64,000 nt of DNA, taken from positions 352,830,706-352,894,705 of the forward strand of contig NC_058131.1 of assembly GCF_016433145.1 (NCBI RefSeq), written 5' to 3'. The position numbers were made by a program, and so were the translations under genes. The DNA comes from Gracilinanus agilis. Its lineage: Eukaryota. Under the pieces are notes generated by a model, which did not search any database, was not told the DNA's origin, and saw nothing but the letters and a program-made list of their open reading frames with translations. Numbering within the stretch: the first letter of the stretch is position 1; every line of letters starts with the position of its first letter. Positions 45,201 through 55,374 of the stretch are shown here, one piece after another.

Positions 45201-47212
45201 TGTAATATTCTGTCTTCTCTGTTAGACTCCTTAAGGGCAAGGATTTTGTCTTGTTCATTTTTGTATCTCTCACAGTATAGACTGATACAGGACCCTGAAT
45301 ACAGTGGGTGATCCTTAAATTAAATCTGATTCCTGAATCCCCATTATTCATTGTATACCTGCCCTGTGCAAGGTCCTGTGCTGGAAGCCAGGCAAAGTAA
45401 TAAGAGCTAGCATTTAGATAGTACTTTAAGATTTGCAAAATACATGATCTGATTTTATCCATACCACAATCTTAAAGAGGTAGTTGTTTTAATATCCTCA
45501 TTTTACAAAAGAGAAAAGTGAGACAAACAGAGGTTACAAGTGATTTAACTAAGGTTATAAGTTATCTGAGGCTAGATTTGAGCTTAAGTCTACTTCACTC
45601 CTTTATCTATTGTGCCACCTAGCTGGATTTGGTTTGGTAGATTCTAAAAGAGGGCTAAAAGATTCTAAAAGAGGACACTGGATTTAGAGTCAAAAGACCT
45701 GGATTTGCATTCTCNNNNNNNNNNNNNNNNNNNNNNNNNNNNNNNNNNNNNNNNNNNNNNNNNNNNNNNNNNNNNNNNNNNNNNNNNNNNNNNNNNNNNN
45801 NNNNNNNNNNNNNNNNNNNNNNNNNNNNNNNNNNNNNNNNNNNCATTGGGCCTCAGTTTCCACATCTGTAAAATGCAAGCATTGAACTAGATGTTTTGAA
45901 GATTTCTTTTTGCTCTAGATCTTACATGTAGGTAAAGTAAGAGGCAGTGTAGTGGATAGAAAAATAGCCTTAGAGTTGGGGAAAATCTGAGTTCAAATCT
46001 TGCCTCTGAGACATACTGGCTGTGTGCTCCTGGGCATTTAAATCACTTTAGTTCTCAGTATCCCTGGAAATTCTCCCTATAACATAAATTGCAGAATAGG
46101 TACCATTTGTCCTAGTAGGTAGTGTTTCCCCACTGTGAATTCCCTTCATGAATGAAACCCTAATTTTAGTTCAAAAAAATGTTAAAGGGGTGGGGAAGAA
46201 AAAAATAGTAGTCAAGGTCTTCTGCTCTATGGTTGGGGCACAAGAGGTTGGGATTTGGGGAGAGGATGGTGTGGTGTATAAAGATACTTCCTTCGAGCTG
46301 AGCTCCAAAGCGCCTTCCTCTTCTCTTTGTGTTGCCACCAGAATTGGGAGGAATACTAGTATCACCCCTGATTCACTCTTTTGGGGTTCATGGGGAGGTG
46401 GGACTGGGCAGGGGGAGAGTATGGGAGATCCAAACAAACCTCCTTGTCTATTGCAGGTGTGAAGATCCTAAAAACTGAGTCCACCTCCTCTAGTCAGAGT
46501 CAGGTAAGATTGGGGAAGGCCTGTTTCTTCTCACCTAAGAAGTTGCCCCCTTCCCAGATGGTTCTAACACAGTGGTCCTTGCAGGGTGGCCCCCTCCAGA
46601 CTGAGGGAAAAACATCACAGCCTCCTTCCCTGCTCACCAACTCGCTGGCCGAGGGGCCCAGGAGCACTGGGAAGCGTCACACGTGCGACATTGAAGGTGC
46701 CAGGCCATCCTTGCTTCTGGGGGTAGTTGGGGGCAGGGAAGGGGCTTCTGGGGCCTATCTGAGAGGGAGGTGGACACTGTGGAGTAAAGTTTGGGAGGGG
46801 GGTGCTAGGACTAGAGGTGGCAGAGGAGAGAACACCCAAGAGCAATAGGAGCTGAGTTGAGCTGAGCTATGAGCTCATCTGGTAAGGAGTGAGCCAGGGA
46901 TGAGGAAGAGGAGGGAGACAGCTAGGCACAGTGAGAGGCTGAGGGAGAAGAAGAATCCCTCTTCCTTTGGGCACACCAGGTTTGGTGGAGCTGCTCAACA
47001 GAGTCCAGAGCAGCAGAGCCGATGACCAACGAGGACTGCTCCGCAAAGAGGACCTGGTGCTCCCTGACTTCCTGCAGCTGCCAGCCCGAGAGCCAAGCCT
47101 GTCCGAGGAACAACCCCATTCCCAGGCTCCACAGAGCCACCCGCCACAGACTGAGCCCCCTGCTCCTGCCCAGGGGGACCCAGCAGACTCCTCGGCCTCC
47201 CATGCCCTCTGA
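20546..47212 (+). CDS. RGS14: RGS14 (RGS domain, tandem Ras-binding domains, GoLoco/GPR motif), complete 15-exon gene, 1737 nt CDS, 578 aa (577 with the distal NAGNAG acceptor)
   Basis: Fifteen exons join in phase with GT-AG ends. Shows [18 protein letters not shown] box, [10 protein letters not shown] (RBD1) and [24 protein letters not shown] (GoLoco). Confidence 0.97.
21855..22113 (-). mobile_element. MAR1
   Basis: gttgttgctg tail; cagctcattttacagatgaggaaactgaggc. Confidence 0.85.
23407..23644 (-). mobile_element. SINE1 with (TTC)n plus poly-T tail
   Basis: Near-consensus reverse body; flanks ttcccctaact / ttcccctgact. Confidence 0.88.
24262..24465 (+). mobile_element. SINE1_Mdo-type SINE
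   Basis: ggcagctaggtggctcagtggattgagagccagg...gaaggtaagagtttt. Confidence 0.9.
25358..25530 (+). mobile_element. SINE1_Mdo-type SINE (internal deletion)
   Basis: gggcagctgggtgg...agacagaaggtaagggttaaaa. Confidence 0.8.
26089..26290 (+). mobile_element. SINE1_Mdo-type SINE
   Basis: Full body with poly-A. Confidence 0.88.
27027..27235 (+). mobile_element. SINE1_Mdo-type SINE
   Basis: Full body, flanked by AACATTGGGCAACT duplicates. Confidence 0.88.
27300..28970 (+). mobile_element. L2 (3' ORF2 to tail) with nested SINEs
   Basis: L2 ORF2-like pyrimidine-rich text ending tttagcacagtgcccagcatatagtgggtg. Confidence 0.65.
28557..28750 (-). mobile_element. SINE1_Mdo-type SINE inserted in an L2
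   Basis: Reverse body (aaccctcaccttctgtcttgg...ccagctctctagccactg). Confidence 0.8.
30070..30268 (+). mobile_element. Young SINE1_Mdo with a 14-bp TSD
   Basis: TSD AAAATTCATGATGT at 30056-30069 and 30269-30282; CpGs retained. Confidence 0.93.
30423..30667 (+). mobile_element. MAR1 flanked by a 114-bp direct repeat
   Basis: Full MAR1 ending ctgaacaacaa; flanks described in findings. Confidence 0.88.
32520..32670 (+). mobile_element. SINE1-type SINE, 3' truncated
   Basis: gcagctaggtg...ctgccttggaac. Confidence 0.75.
32908..33080 (+). mobile_element. SINE1-type SINE with a (GAA)n tail
   Basis: ggggcagctaaatggctcag...aagacagaaggtaag. Confidence 0.75.
33730..33901 (+). mobile_element. SINE1-type SINE (internal deletion) just upstream of RGS14 exon 2
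   Basis: ggacagctggacggctcagtgg...taagggttaaaaaaaaaaa. Confidence 0.8.
34193..34214 (+). CDS. RGS14: RGS14 exon 2, 22-nt microexon
   Basis: Long pyrimidine tract plus ttgcag; VLAVSDG+G; donor GTGAGT. Confidence 0.93.
34496..34674 (+). CDS. RGS14: RGS14 exon 3 (179 nt)
   Basis: [10 protein letters not shown]...[22 protein letters not shown]; donor GTGAGT. Confidence 0.97.
34786..34878 (+). CDS. RGS14: RGS14 exon 4 (93 nt)
   Basis: [31 protein letters not shown]; donor GTTGGA. Confidence 0.96.
35035..35178 (+). CDS. RGS14: RGS14 exon 5 (144 nt)
   Basis: [48 protein letters not shown]; donor GTATGG. Confidence 0.96.
35357..35768. mobile_element. hAT/Charlie-type MITE interrupted by a minus-strand SINE1 (35366-35566)
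   Basis: Ends CAGGGGTTCTT...GATTAAGAACCCCTG; 8-bp flanks GACTAGAG / GACAAGAT. Confidence 0.7.
35992..36138 (+). CDS. RGS14: RGS14 exon 6 (147 nt)
   Basis: [49 protein letters not shown]; donor GTGCCT. Confidence 0.95.
36219..36273. repeat. (TC)n microsatellite, RGS14 intron 6
   Basis: Uninterrupted CT run. Confidence 0.97.
36506..36617 (+). CDS. RGS14: RGS14 exon 7 (112 nt)
   Basis: [37 protein letters not shown]; donor GTGAGC. Confidence 0.96.
37710..37822 (+). CDS. RGS14: RGS14 exon 8 (113 nt)
   Basis: [38 protein letters not shown]; donor GTGAGG. Confidence 0.96.
37963..38265. mobile_element. Non-autonomous hAT element (CAGTGATGG-end family, hAT1/OposCharlie-like), 303 bp
   Basis: TIRs CAGTGATGGGCAACCT / AGGTTTGCCATCACCG; imperfect TSD cctaagg / ccttagg; AT-rich interior. 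Confidence 0.8.
38390..38593 (+). CDS. RGS14: RGS14 exon 9 (204 nt; an alternative in-frame acceptor would start at 38384)
   Basis: SHRKSLGG...[50 protein letters not shown]; donor GTAAGA. Confidence 0.93.
39480..39556 (+). CDS. RGS14: RGS14 exon 10 (77 nt; 74 nt with the distal NAGNAG acceptor)
   Basis: cacag|AAG|GCC; [25 protein letters not shown]; donor GTGAGT. Confidence 0.94.
39988..40114 (+). CDS. RGS14: RGS14 exon 11 (127 nt)
   Basis: [42 protein letters not shown]; donor GTGAGG. Confidence 0.94.
40154..40204. repeat. (CA)n microsatellite, RGS14 intron 11
   Basis: Uninterrupted CA run about 40 nt after the exon 11 donor. Confidence 0.97.
40709..40755. repeat. (CA)n microsatellite, RGS14 intron 11
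   Basis: Uninterrupted CA run. Confidence 0.97.
41092..41173 (+). CDS. RGS14: RGS14 exon 12 (82 nt)
   Basis: [27 protein letters not shown]; donor GTACAG. Confidence 0.94.
41815..42012 (-). mobile_element. SINE1_Mdo-type SINE
   Basis: Near-consensus reverse body. Confidence 0.88.
42180..42456 (-). mobile_element. MAR1 with an expanded (TTG)n tail
   Basis: (TTG)n at 42180-42223, followed by the reverse MAR1 body. Confidence 0.88.
43690..45010 (-). mobile_element. Stacked L1 3'-UTR fragments in RGS14 intron 12
   Basis: T-rich antisense L1 3' motifs (tataatgttctcctggttct..., ttctttgccatcacaaa). Confidence 0.65.
45715..45843. other. Assembly gap (129 N) in RGS14 intron 12
   Basis: Run of N. 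Confidence 1.
46457..46503 (+). CDS. RGS14: RGS14 exon 13 (47 nt)
   Basis: ttgcag acceptor; [16 protein letters not shown]; donor GTAAGA. Confidence 0.9.
46585..46696 (+). CDS. RGS14: RGS14 exon 14 (112 nt)
   Basis: GGPLQTEGK...[11 protein letters not shown]; donor GTGCCA. Confidence 0.92.
46980..47212 (+). CDS. RGS14: RGS14 exon 15 coding part (233 nt including TGA): GoLoco motif plus C-terminal tail
   Basis: [35 protein letters not shown]...DSSASHAL*. Confidence 0.95.
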
Positions 47213-47964
47213 CCCCCGGCCAGCCTTCCCTCCCCTTCCCCAGGCAGGGCCTGGGCTGCTTCTTTCCACCTTTGCTACTGCATGGGGCCAGGCCCAGGGC
47301 TGTGCATGCCATTGTGGGCACGCTGTCTGGGGCACAGCATGAGCTCCTGCATCTATGTGCGCATGCATCCCATGTGTGTGTGATGCCCCATCTTCACCAA
47401 CCTCCTGGGGTTAAGACAAGCCAGACTAGAACCAGGGAGGCCATCAGAGCCCCCCTACTTCATCACCCATTTGCACATCTCCCCTCCCTTCCAGGGCATC
47501 CTTCTGGCTTTGCACAGGTACTTGCCGAAAACTGGAATTAGAATAGCCATCTAGTTATTTGAGTGGGAGGAAAGGTCCATGGGGAGGTACAGGAAGTTGT
47601 GCAGGCTCCATTCAGTGCCCTCCACCCCCACCATCTCTCTCCTTCCCAGCAGGCTGGCCTGGAGGAGTGGGTTGCCAACACGGACTTGCCCCTCAACCCA
47701 GGGGGCTTTGAGGGGCTGGGGTGGAAGGCCACCACCCTACTTATATATACTGTAAATATGTAGTTTGTGGATGCTTTCGGGCAGGTAGGTGTGGACCTAG
47801 ATGTAAAATATTGTTATTATAATAATTATTATTCTTCTGCCATGGTGTGTGGTATTGTGTTTGTGACAAAGGACATCCATCCTTGCTGAACAGTGAACAC
47901 CTATGTGATGGAGGGGAGAAAAGCTCTAAAAACACGCTTTTAGGATGATGGTGCAGAGCCCCAT

Positions 47965-48220
47965 GGGCAGCTAGGTAGTACAGTGGGTAAAGTGCTTGGC
48001 CCAGGGTCAGAAAGACTCATCTTCCCAAGTTCAAATCTGGCCTCAGACACTTACAAGTTGTGTGATCCTGGGCAAATCACTTAACTCTGGTTGCCTCAGT
48101 TTCCTCATTTGTCAAAGGAGCTGGAGAAGCAAATGGCAAACCTCTCCAGTATCTCTGCCAAGAAAACCCCAAATGGAGTCATGACGAGTCACAGACACAA
48201 CTTTACAGCAACAACAACGG
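47965..48220 (+). mobile_element. MAR1 just downstream of RGS14
   Basis: gggcagctaggt...ctctgccaagaaaaccccaaatggagtc...caacaacaac. Confidence 0.87.
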
Positions 48221-48499
48221 TGGCAGCAGAGCCTTAGAACAATTTCCATGTCAGAAATGCAGCCTGGGCTGTCTTTGAAAGGCTGTATCAAGCCCTTATA
48301 CAACCCTGACCAGAAAACTGACTCTCCACCCTTCACCCTGCCCCTTCTCACTAGTGTTATGATAATATAGATATCTGTGGGTTAATTAAGAAATCTCACT
48401 TTCCTTCTAACACTAGGGAAGGTACTAGATGCCAGATACATTATCTCCAGCTGTCACCCTGCCCCTGGAATCATGCCCATGTAGCCATGTCCCTTTCTG

Positions 48500-48620
48500 A
48501 AACTCTTACCTTCTGTCTTATAAGTCTTGATACTAAGGCAGAAGGGCAGGCGGGGATAGGCAGTTGGGGTTAAGTGACTTGCCCAGGGTCACATAGCTAG
48601 GAAGGGTGTGAGTCAGATTT
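48500..48620 (-). mobile_element. SINE1-type SINE, 5' truncated
   Basis: aactcttaccttctgtc...gacttgcccagggtcacatagctagg. Confidence 0.75.
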
Positions 48621-49119
48621 GGATTTTTTGTTTTTAGCCATGTCCTTTCAGAGAGCTGAAGCTTACCTGGATTTGATCCTAGCTGCACAAACAAACCCCT
48701 AAAGACAAGATTAGAGCCAGCTTCATTGTTCCCTGGCAACTAGTCACTCTACTTCTTTCTTAAAGGCCTTCACCCATCACACTATTATAATAGGGGCAAC
48801 ATGGTACTTGCACGTATTTCACCTCGTTCCAAGGCATCTTTCAAGATCTAATGCTCACCCCTCAGGCCTCTCCAAAGCTTCATTATTCAGCAGCAGAGCA
48901 CGCCACTAAACTTCCATGACCCCCCATTCCCATCTACCTCCAAGCTTAGAGCCCTGGCATCAGAACCAGGACATGGCACTGCCAGAGAGCTGGGATGTGA
49001 CTAACATTCCCATGGAGGGCGGGTTCTGACAGCTCAGAGTACAGCAACTGGCAAATTCTCTTTGTTGGGTGTCCCCAAGGAACTGGAATTTTGACACTGA
49101 TTTGACTATGATGCTCTGC

Positions 49120-49122
<3 letters not shown>

Positions 49123-49158
<36 letters not shown>
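49123..49158. repeat. (TG)n microsatellite
   Basis: Uninterrupted TG run. Confidence 0.95.
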
Positions 49159-49160
<2 letters not shown>

Positions 49161-49657
49161 CATGTCCCTCGTATGTATGACTAGTTCCTTCATTCATTGA
49201 CTATTAAGCACTTGCTGTAAGTATTGAAGGGAGCAAGGGAGATAGGATGAGCTGAAATACAAAGTGATACAGACAACATGGGAGATTGGAAGTTCACTAG
49301 CAGGAGAGATCATTTCTAACAAGGATGCCCAAAGGAAGGCTTCCTTGAGGAGGTGGCAAATCTGTGACTTAATGGATGAGGAGAATATAGACTGATGGAG
49401 AAGGGAGGAGGTTATTACTGGTGGGAAGAGTAGCACAAACACAGGCAGAGTAGTGGGAGGCAGAGAAACATCCTAGAAAGAGAACTGGATTTGGAGCCAC
49501 AAGATCTGGGTTCAAATTCTGACTGTTGATACCTATATGACTTTGGATAAGTCTTTTGCTCTCTCTGGGCTTCAGTTTTCTTAACCGTAAAAATGAGGAT
49601 GGATCATTGGGGTTATTATCCAGTCATTTATAACTCTGCTGACCCATTTGGGGTTTT

Positions 49658-49868
49658 TCTTTCTTTTTTTTTTTTTTTTAAACCCTTACCTTACATCTTG
49701 GAATCGATACTGTGTATTGATTCTAAGGCAGAAGAGTGGTAAGGGTTAGGCAATGGGGGTTAAGTGACTTGCCCAGGGTCAGCCAGCTAGGAAGTGTCTG
49801 AGGCCAGATTTGACCCTAGGACCTTCTGTTTCTGGGCCTGGCTTTTAATCCACTGAGCCACCCACCTA
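49658..49868 (-). mobile_element. SINE1 inserted into a minus-strand MAR1
   Basis: Duplicated CCCATTTGGGGTTTTT flanks; the MAR1 resumes after the insert. Confidence 0.85.
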
Positions 49869-51269
49869 CCCATTTGGGGTTTTTCTTGACAGAGATAACT
49901 GGTTTACCATTTCATTCTCTAGATCATCTTATAGATGAGAAAACTGAGGCCAATGGAGTTAAGTGACTTGCTCAGGTTGATATAACTACTAAATATCTGA
50001 AGCCAGATTGGAACTCAGGAAATTGAAATCTTCCTGGCTTCAGGTCAGGCACTCTATCCACTGCCCCACCTAGCTAAACTAAGTAATTTCTAAAATGCCT
50101 TCCAGCCCTAAATCCCATGATTATTCATGTAACTCTTTCTTAGAGTAGTACTCTTATAACATGTAACTCTTCCTTTAGCCTTTGGAAGGGAGAGAGAGAC
50201 CTTGCTCTGTTTGGAGGGGTCCCAATTTGCTGATAGTGGAGAGACACACTAGGGTGCCAGGCAGTGGTGCACGTCCCCAAGCTGACCAATCCCACAGCCC
50301 CAGGCTCTGGGTTTCCAGAGATATCTCTCCTCTCTTTTTTCTCCCCTGCCTCCCACCCCCACCCCCAAGGACACTGTGGCCAAGAAAAGGTAGCCAGTCC
50401 TAGGAAGTGGCCCATAGCTCTCCAGGAGGGGTGAGGAGTCAGAAAGCCAGAGAAGCAGGACCCCTATCTCCTCTCTCCTGCCAGTACCCTCTTTGTCATA
50501 ACTCTAACCTTATCTCCCAACTTTGTTCATTGCAGAACCTCCAAGTGAGGACTTTCCCCTTCTAGAGCCCAGCTTGAGAGTCTTGCTTCTCTCTACCACC
50601 CAGACAGAGGAGGTTAGCAAAGAGTGTTCTGCTTTAGTATTAGAGGACTTCAGAGTTAGAAAGAGGCCCCAGAAGTCATCTGGTCCAACTGTGCCAACAC
50701 AGGAAATGACTCTGTGTCATCCCTTACTAATGATCATGCAGCTCTGCTTGAAGACCTCTTGTGCTGGGGACAGCTCTAATACCCCCTTAACATTAAATCT
50801 AACTGTCTCTTTTCAACTTCCACTCACTACTTCTGATTTGTTCCCTTTGGGGCCAAAAAGAACAGATCTAGGCACTCTTGCATATGTCAGGCCTTCAAAT
50901 ATTTGAAGACAGCTATGGTAGCCCACTACTTTCAAATATTTGAAGGGCAAAGACACTCACTAGCTGTGTGACCCTGGGCAAGTCAATTAACTCTGCTTAC
51001 TTTGGTTTCCTTATCTATAAAACGAACTGGTGAAGAAAATGGCAAATGATTGCAGTATACTTACTAAGAAAATGAAGAGTTGAACACAACTGAACAAAAA
51101 CTTCTCATTTATCTTGTGATTCATTGATTTTTGTTTTATAACTCTGTGCCATTCTGTTATAGCTACTTTTGGGGGACTTGAAGAAGAAGTAAATTGGCCA
51201 ATGATGTTATAAGTAATTGACTTTTATAAATTCCAATTTCTTTTATTTATCCACTTATTTTTAACATTA

Positions 51270-51467
51270 TTTTTTAAACCCTTACCTTTCATCTTAGAAT
51301 CAATATTAAGTACTGGTTCCAAGGTAGAAGAATGGTAAAGACTAGGCAATGGGGGTTAAGTGACTTGCCTAAAGTCACACAGCTAGGAAGTGGGTAAGGC
51401 CACATTTGAACCCAGGACCTCCTGTCTAAGCCTGACTCTCCATCCACTGAGCCACCTAGCTGCCCCC
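51270..51467 (-). mobile_element. SINE1_Mdo-type SINE
   Basis: Full reverse body; TATTTTTAACATT duplicated at the flanks. Confidence 0.87.
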
Positions 51468-51811
51468 TATTTTTAACATTCTTTTAAAATCTTTTTAACT
51501 TCCAAATTCTCTCCCTCCCTTACCGAATGAAAAGGCAAGCAATATGATAGCAATTGTACATGTGAAAGTCAAGCAAAACATATTTCCATATTAGCCCTGT
51601 TGCAAATCGAGGAAGAAAAAGCCAGAAATATAAAGAAAGTGAAAAAGTATGCTTCAAACTGCCCTTAGAATTGGAGAGCATTTTGCTTCATGAGTCCTTT
51701 GTAATTGCTTAAGATCATTGTCTCGATCAGAATAGCCAAATCTTTCACAGGTGATCATGGTTACAATATTGCTGTTATTGCGTACAAAGTTATCCCGGTT
51801 CTGTTCTCTTC

Positions 51812-52418
51812 TGTTAAAGGGATTTTCTTAATCTCTCCCTCGGTCTCCTTAAGAGGCTAGAGAGCAGGATTTCTAAGTAGATCAGAACTGACAGGAGTCA
51901 GTGAGCCGCTGAAGATTCCATTACCAGGGAGACCAGGACTGAGGGGAGGAAGTAGCCTGCCCTCTGAGAGGAAGTTAGGGGGGACAGTTGGTCAGTGAAG
52001 AGATAAAGGAAGCAGCTGCTGGTAGTTGGAGGTCTTTTTCCTCTGGGATCTCTAGAGAGCAGGAGGTCTGTCTCTGAGGCAAGGATCTGCTGGCAGTTGG
52101 CTACTGACAGACGCATTGCTCTAGAAAACTGGTTGAAGGAGTGAGTGAGTGGTGGCTGTTTATTATTTTAGGGAGTTAGGTAGTTAGTGAATAATTCATA
52201 GATAGAGTAGGTTAAGATAGACCTAGTGTGCCAGGCAGAAGAACCTGTCCTGAGAAGACAGAGATAGTTTTAGGAAATTTTAGGTAGTTATTAGGTATTT
52301 AGGTATATTTATAGGGTATAAGATTAATAATCTCGTTCCTCTTTTCTTTCTATCTGTACTTCTTTCTTAAATTAAACAAAATTTCTGTTATGTCAAACTC
52401 CTTAATTTAACCCTTACA
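51812..52418 (+). mobile_element. Probable solo LTR (about 607 bp) inserted in an L1 3' UTR
   Basis: TGTTAAAGGG...CCCTTACA termini; ATTAAA near the 3' end; L1 sequence on both sides; no clear TSD. Confidence 0.55.
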
Positions 52419-52694
52419 ATATATACTTTGTATCAGTTGATATAATGTATATCTTCTTACCAAGTTTTTAAAAAAAAAAACACCCTGCTTGACATTTCTT
52501 ATTGCCCAGAGATATTCCATCACAATCATATACCACCACTTTTTCAGCCATCTCCTCTATTTCTAATTCTTAGACACCACAAAAAGAGCTGCTATAAATA
52601 TTTGTGTACATATAGATCCCTCTCCCCTTTCTTTACTCTCTTTGGGATACAGACCTAATAGTGGTATTGCTATGTCAAAGGATATGTATAAGAA

Positions 52695-52870
52695 ATAGCT
52701 GGGTGGCACATGGATAGAGGACCAGGCCTAAAGACAAGAGATCCTGGGTTCAAATCCAGACTCAAACATTTCTTAGCTATGTAACCCTGGGCAAGTCACT
52801 TAATCCCAATTGCCTAGTTCTTGCTCTTCTGTCTGTTTTAGAGTTGCTACTAAGACAGGCTGTAAAAGTT
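52695..52870 (+). mobile_element. SINE1-type SINE inside an L1
   Basis: tagctgggtggcac...ctaagacaggc; flanked by aaggatatgta duplicates. Confidence 0.75.
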
Positions 52871-55374
52871 TATTTTTTTAAAGGATATGTACAGTCTTAT
52901 AGCCCTTTGGGCATAGTTCCAAATGGTTAGACCAATTCATAACTACCAATAGTGCATTAGTGTCCCAATTTTTCTGTTATTTTCCTTTTCTATCATGTTA
53001 GCCAATCTGATAAGTGTGAGGTGATATCTCAGAGTTGTTGTAATTTTCATTTCTCTAATAAATACTGATTTAGAGCAGTTTTTCATGTGCCTTTTTTGTA
53101 TTTTAAATATCTTTTGAAATATATTTATTTTTAGCATTCTTTTAAGAGAATTTTGAGTTCCAAATTCTCCTCTTCCTCCCAACTCTCCCCTACCTACTGA
53201 GAAGTCAAGCTATATGATATCAATTATAAATGTGAAATAATGTAAAACATATTTCTATATTAGACATAAACAAAAGGTGAGAAAAATAAAGAAAATTATA
53301 TTTCAATTTGTACTTATAGTTCATCAGTTCTCTCTCTTAAGGTAGATAGTATTTTTTTTATCATGAGTCCTTTGGAATTATCTTGGATCATTGTATTGAT
53401 CAGAGTAACTAAGTCTTTCATAGCTGATCATCATCCCAATATTATTGTTACTGTGTATAATGACCTCCTGGTTCTTCTCATTTCACTTTATATCTGTTCA
53501 AATAGATCTTCCCATGTTTTTCTGAAACCATCCCCTTGTCATTTCTTATAGCACTATAGTACTCCATCACAATCATATGCCACAACCCAAATGATGGATA
53601 TCCCTTCAGTTTCCAGTTCTTTGCCATCACAGAAAGAGCTATCATAAATATTTTTAAATTGTCAGTCCTTTCTCTTTTTTTCTTTTATCTCTTTGGGGCA
53701 TAGACCTACAAGTGATGTTGCTGGGTCCAAGGCTATACACAATGTTATAGCTTTTTGAGTCTACTTCCAAATTGTTCTACAGAATGATTGTAATCTACCA
53801 ACAGTTCATTGGTATACCTATTCATTTTTCATCCTCTACAGTATTTATTATTTCTGATAGGTGTCACACTCATATTCTGAGTGAGACAACTCAGAGTAGT
53901 TTGTTATGTCTCTAAGCAATAGTGATTTAGAACATTTTTTCACATGACTATAGATAGCTTTAATTCTTCTTATGAAAACTGCCTGCTCATATCCTTTGAT
54001 CATTTATCAATTGGTGAATGGCTCTTGTTTTTATGTATCACTCAGGTCCCTATTTATTTGAGAAATGAGGCCTTTATCAGAGATACTTGCAATAAAAATT
54101 TTTATATTGCTTCATTGTCTATGGTGGTTTTTTACAGCAAAACAAAGTTTTCCTAATTATCACTTTTAATTAGGTATACTTTTGCTTTAGTTTTGTTTGA
54201 GATCATGACTGCCTTTTTTACTTCAGCTGAAACATAATAAATTTTGTTCCAGCTCCTTATTTTAAATCTGTGTTTGTGTCTTTCTGTTTCAAGTGTCTCT
54301 TGTAAACAACATATTGTTGCATTCTATGTTCTAATCCATTCTGCTATATACTTCTGTTTTATGGGTGAGCTCATCCCATTCACATTCCCAGATATGAAAG
54401 TTGTGGACTTCCCTCTATCCTATTTTATTTTGTTTATTCTTCTTTTAACCCTATTCCTCCTCAAAATTCTGGTGTTTCTGACCACTGCCTCCTTTAATCC
54501 ACCTTCCATCATTCTCCCTTATTTCTCCTATCTCCTTTCCCTCATATTTCTCTGTTGGGAAAGAGTCATTTCTATATCCAACTGAGTATGTATATAAATG
54601 CTTCCTTCTTTGAACAAATTCCAATTCTGATGAGAATGAGGTTCAAGCATTGCCTGCTACCCTGTTCCATTTTCTCTTCCTTGTACGTCTCTTTTATGTG
54701 AGAAAAATTTCCCCATCTATCTCTACCTTCTCTCTTCTCCCAATGCATCCCTCTTTCTCACATTCTTTTTTTTTAGATCATTCCAATATAATTGACTCAC
54801 AGCCATGCCTTCTAACTGCCCTAATAATGATAAAGTTCCTAAGGGTTACATGTACCATCTTTCCATACAGAAATGTAAAGAGTCCTTATGATTTCTCTTT
54901 CATGTTTATGTTTTTATGCTTCTCTTGAGTCCTGTGTTTAAAAGTCCAATTTTTTATTCAGCCCTGGTCTTTTCATCAGAAATGCCTGAAAGTCCTCCAT
55001 TTTATTGTATATCAATTTTTCCCCTGAAGGATTTTACTCATTGTCTCTTGGTTGTATTCCTAGCTCCATTGTCTAAACCCTCTACTCCTTTAACATAGAA
55101 GCTGCTAAATCTTGTATGATCCTGACTGTGGCTCCATAATATTTAAATTTTTCTTTCTTACTGCTTGAAGTATTTTCTCCTGAACTTGGGAACTCTGAAA
55201 TTTGGTCATAATATTACTGAGAGTTTTCATTTTAGAACCTTAGGAGAATATTTCAATTTCTATTTTATCCTCTGGACCCAAGATATCAGAACAGTTTTCC
55301 TTCATAATTTCATGAAATATAATGTCTAGCCTCTTTTTTGATGATGGATCTCATCTAGTCCAATAATTCTTAAA

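Noticed and set aside
50893-50944. Duplicated palindrome TTCAAATATTTGAA
   Set aside because: Short, AT-rich and within a CR1/L3-like fragment where I recall this motif occurring natively.
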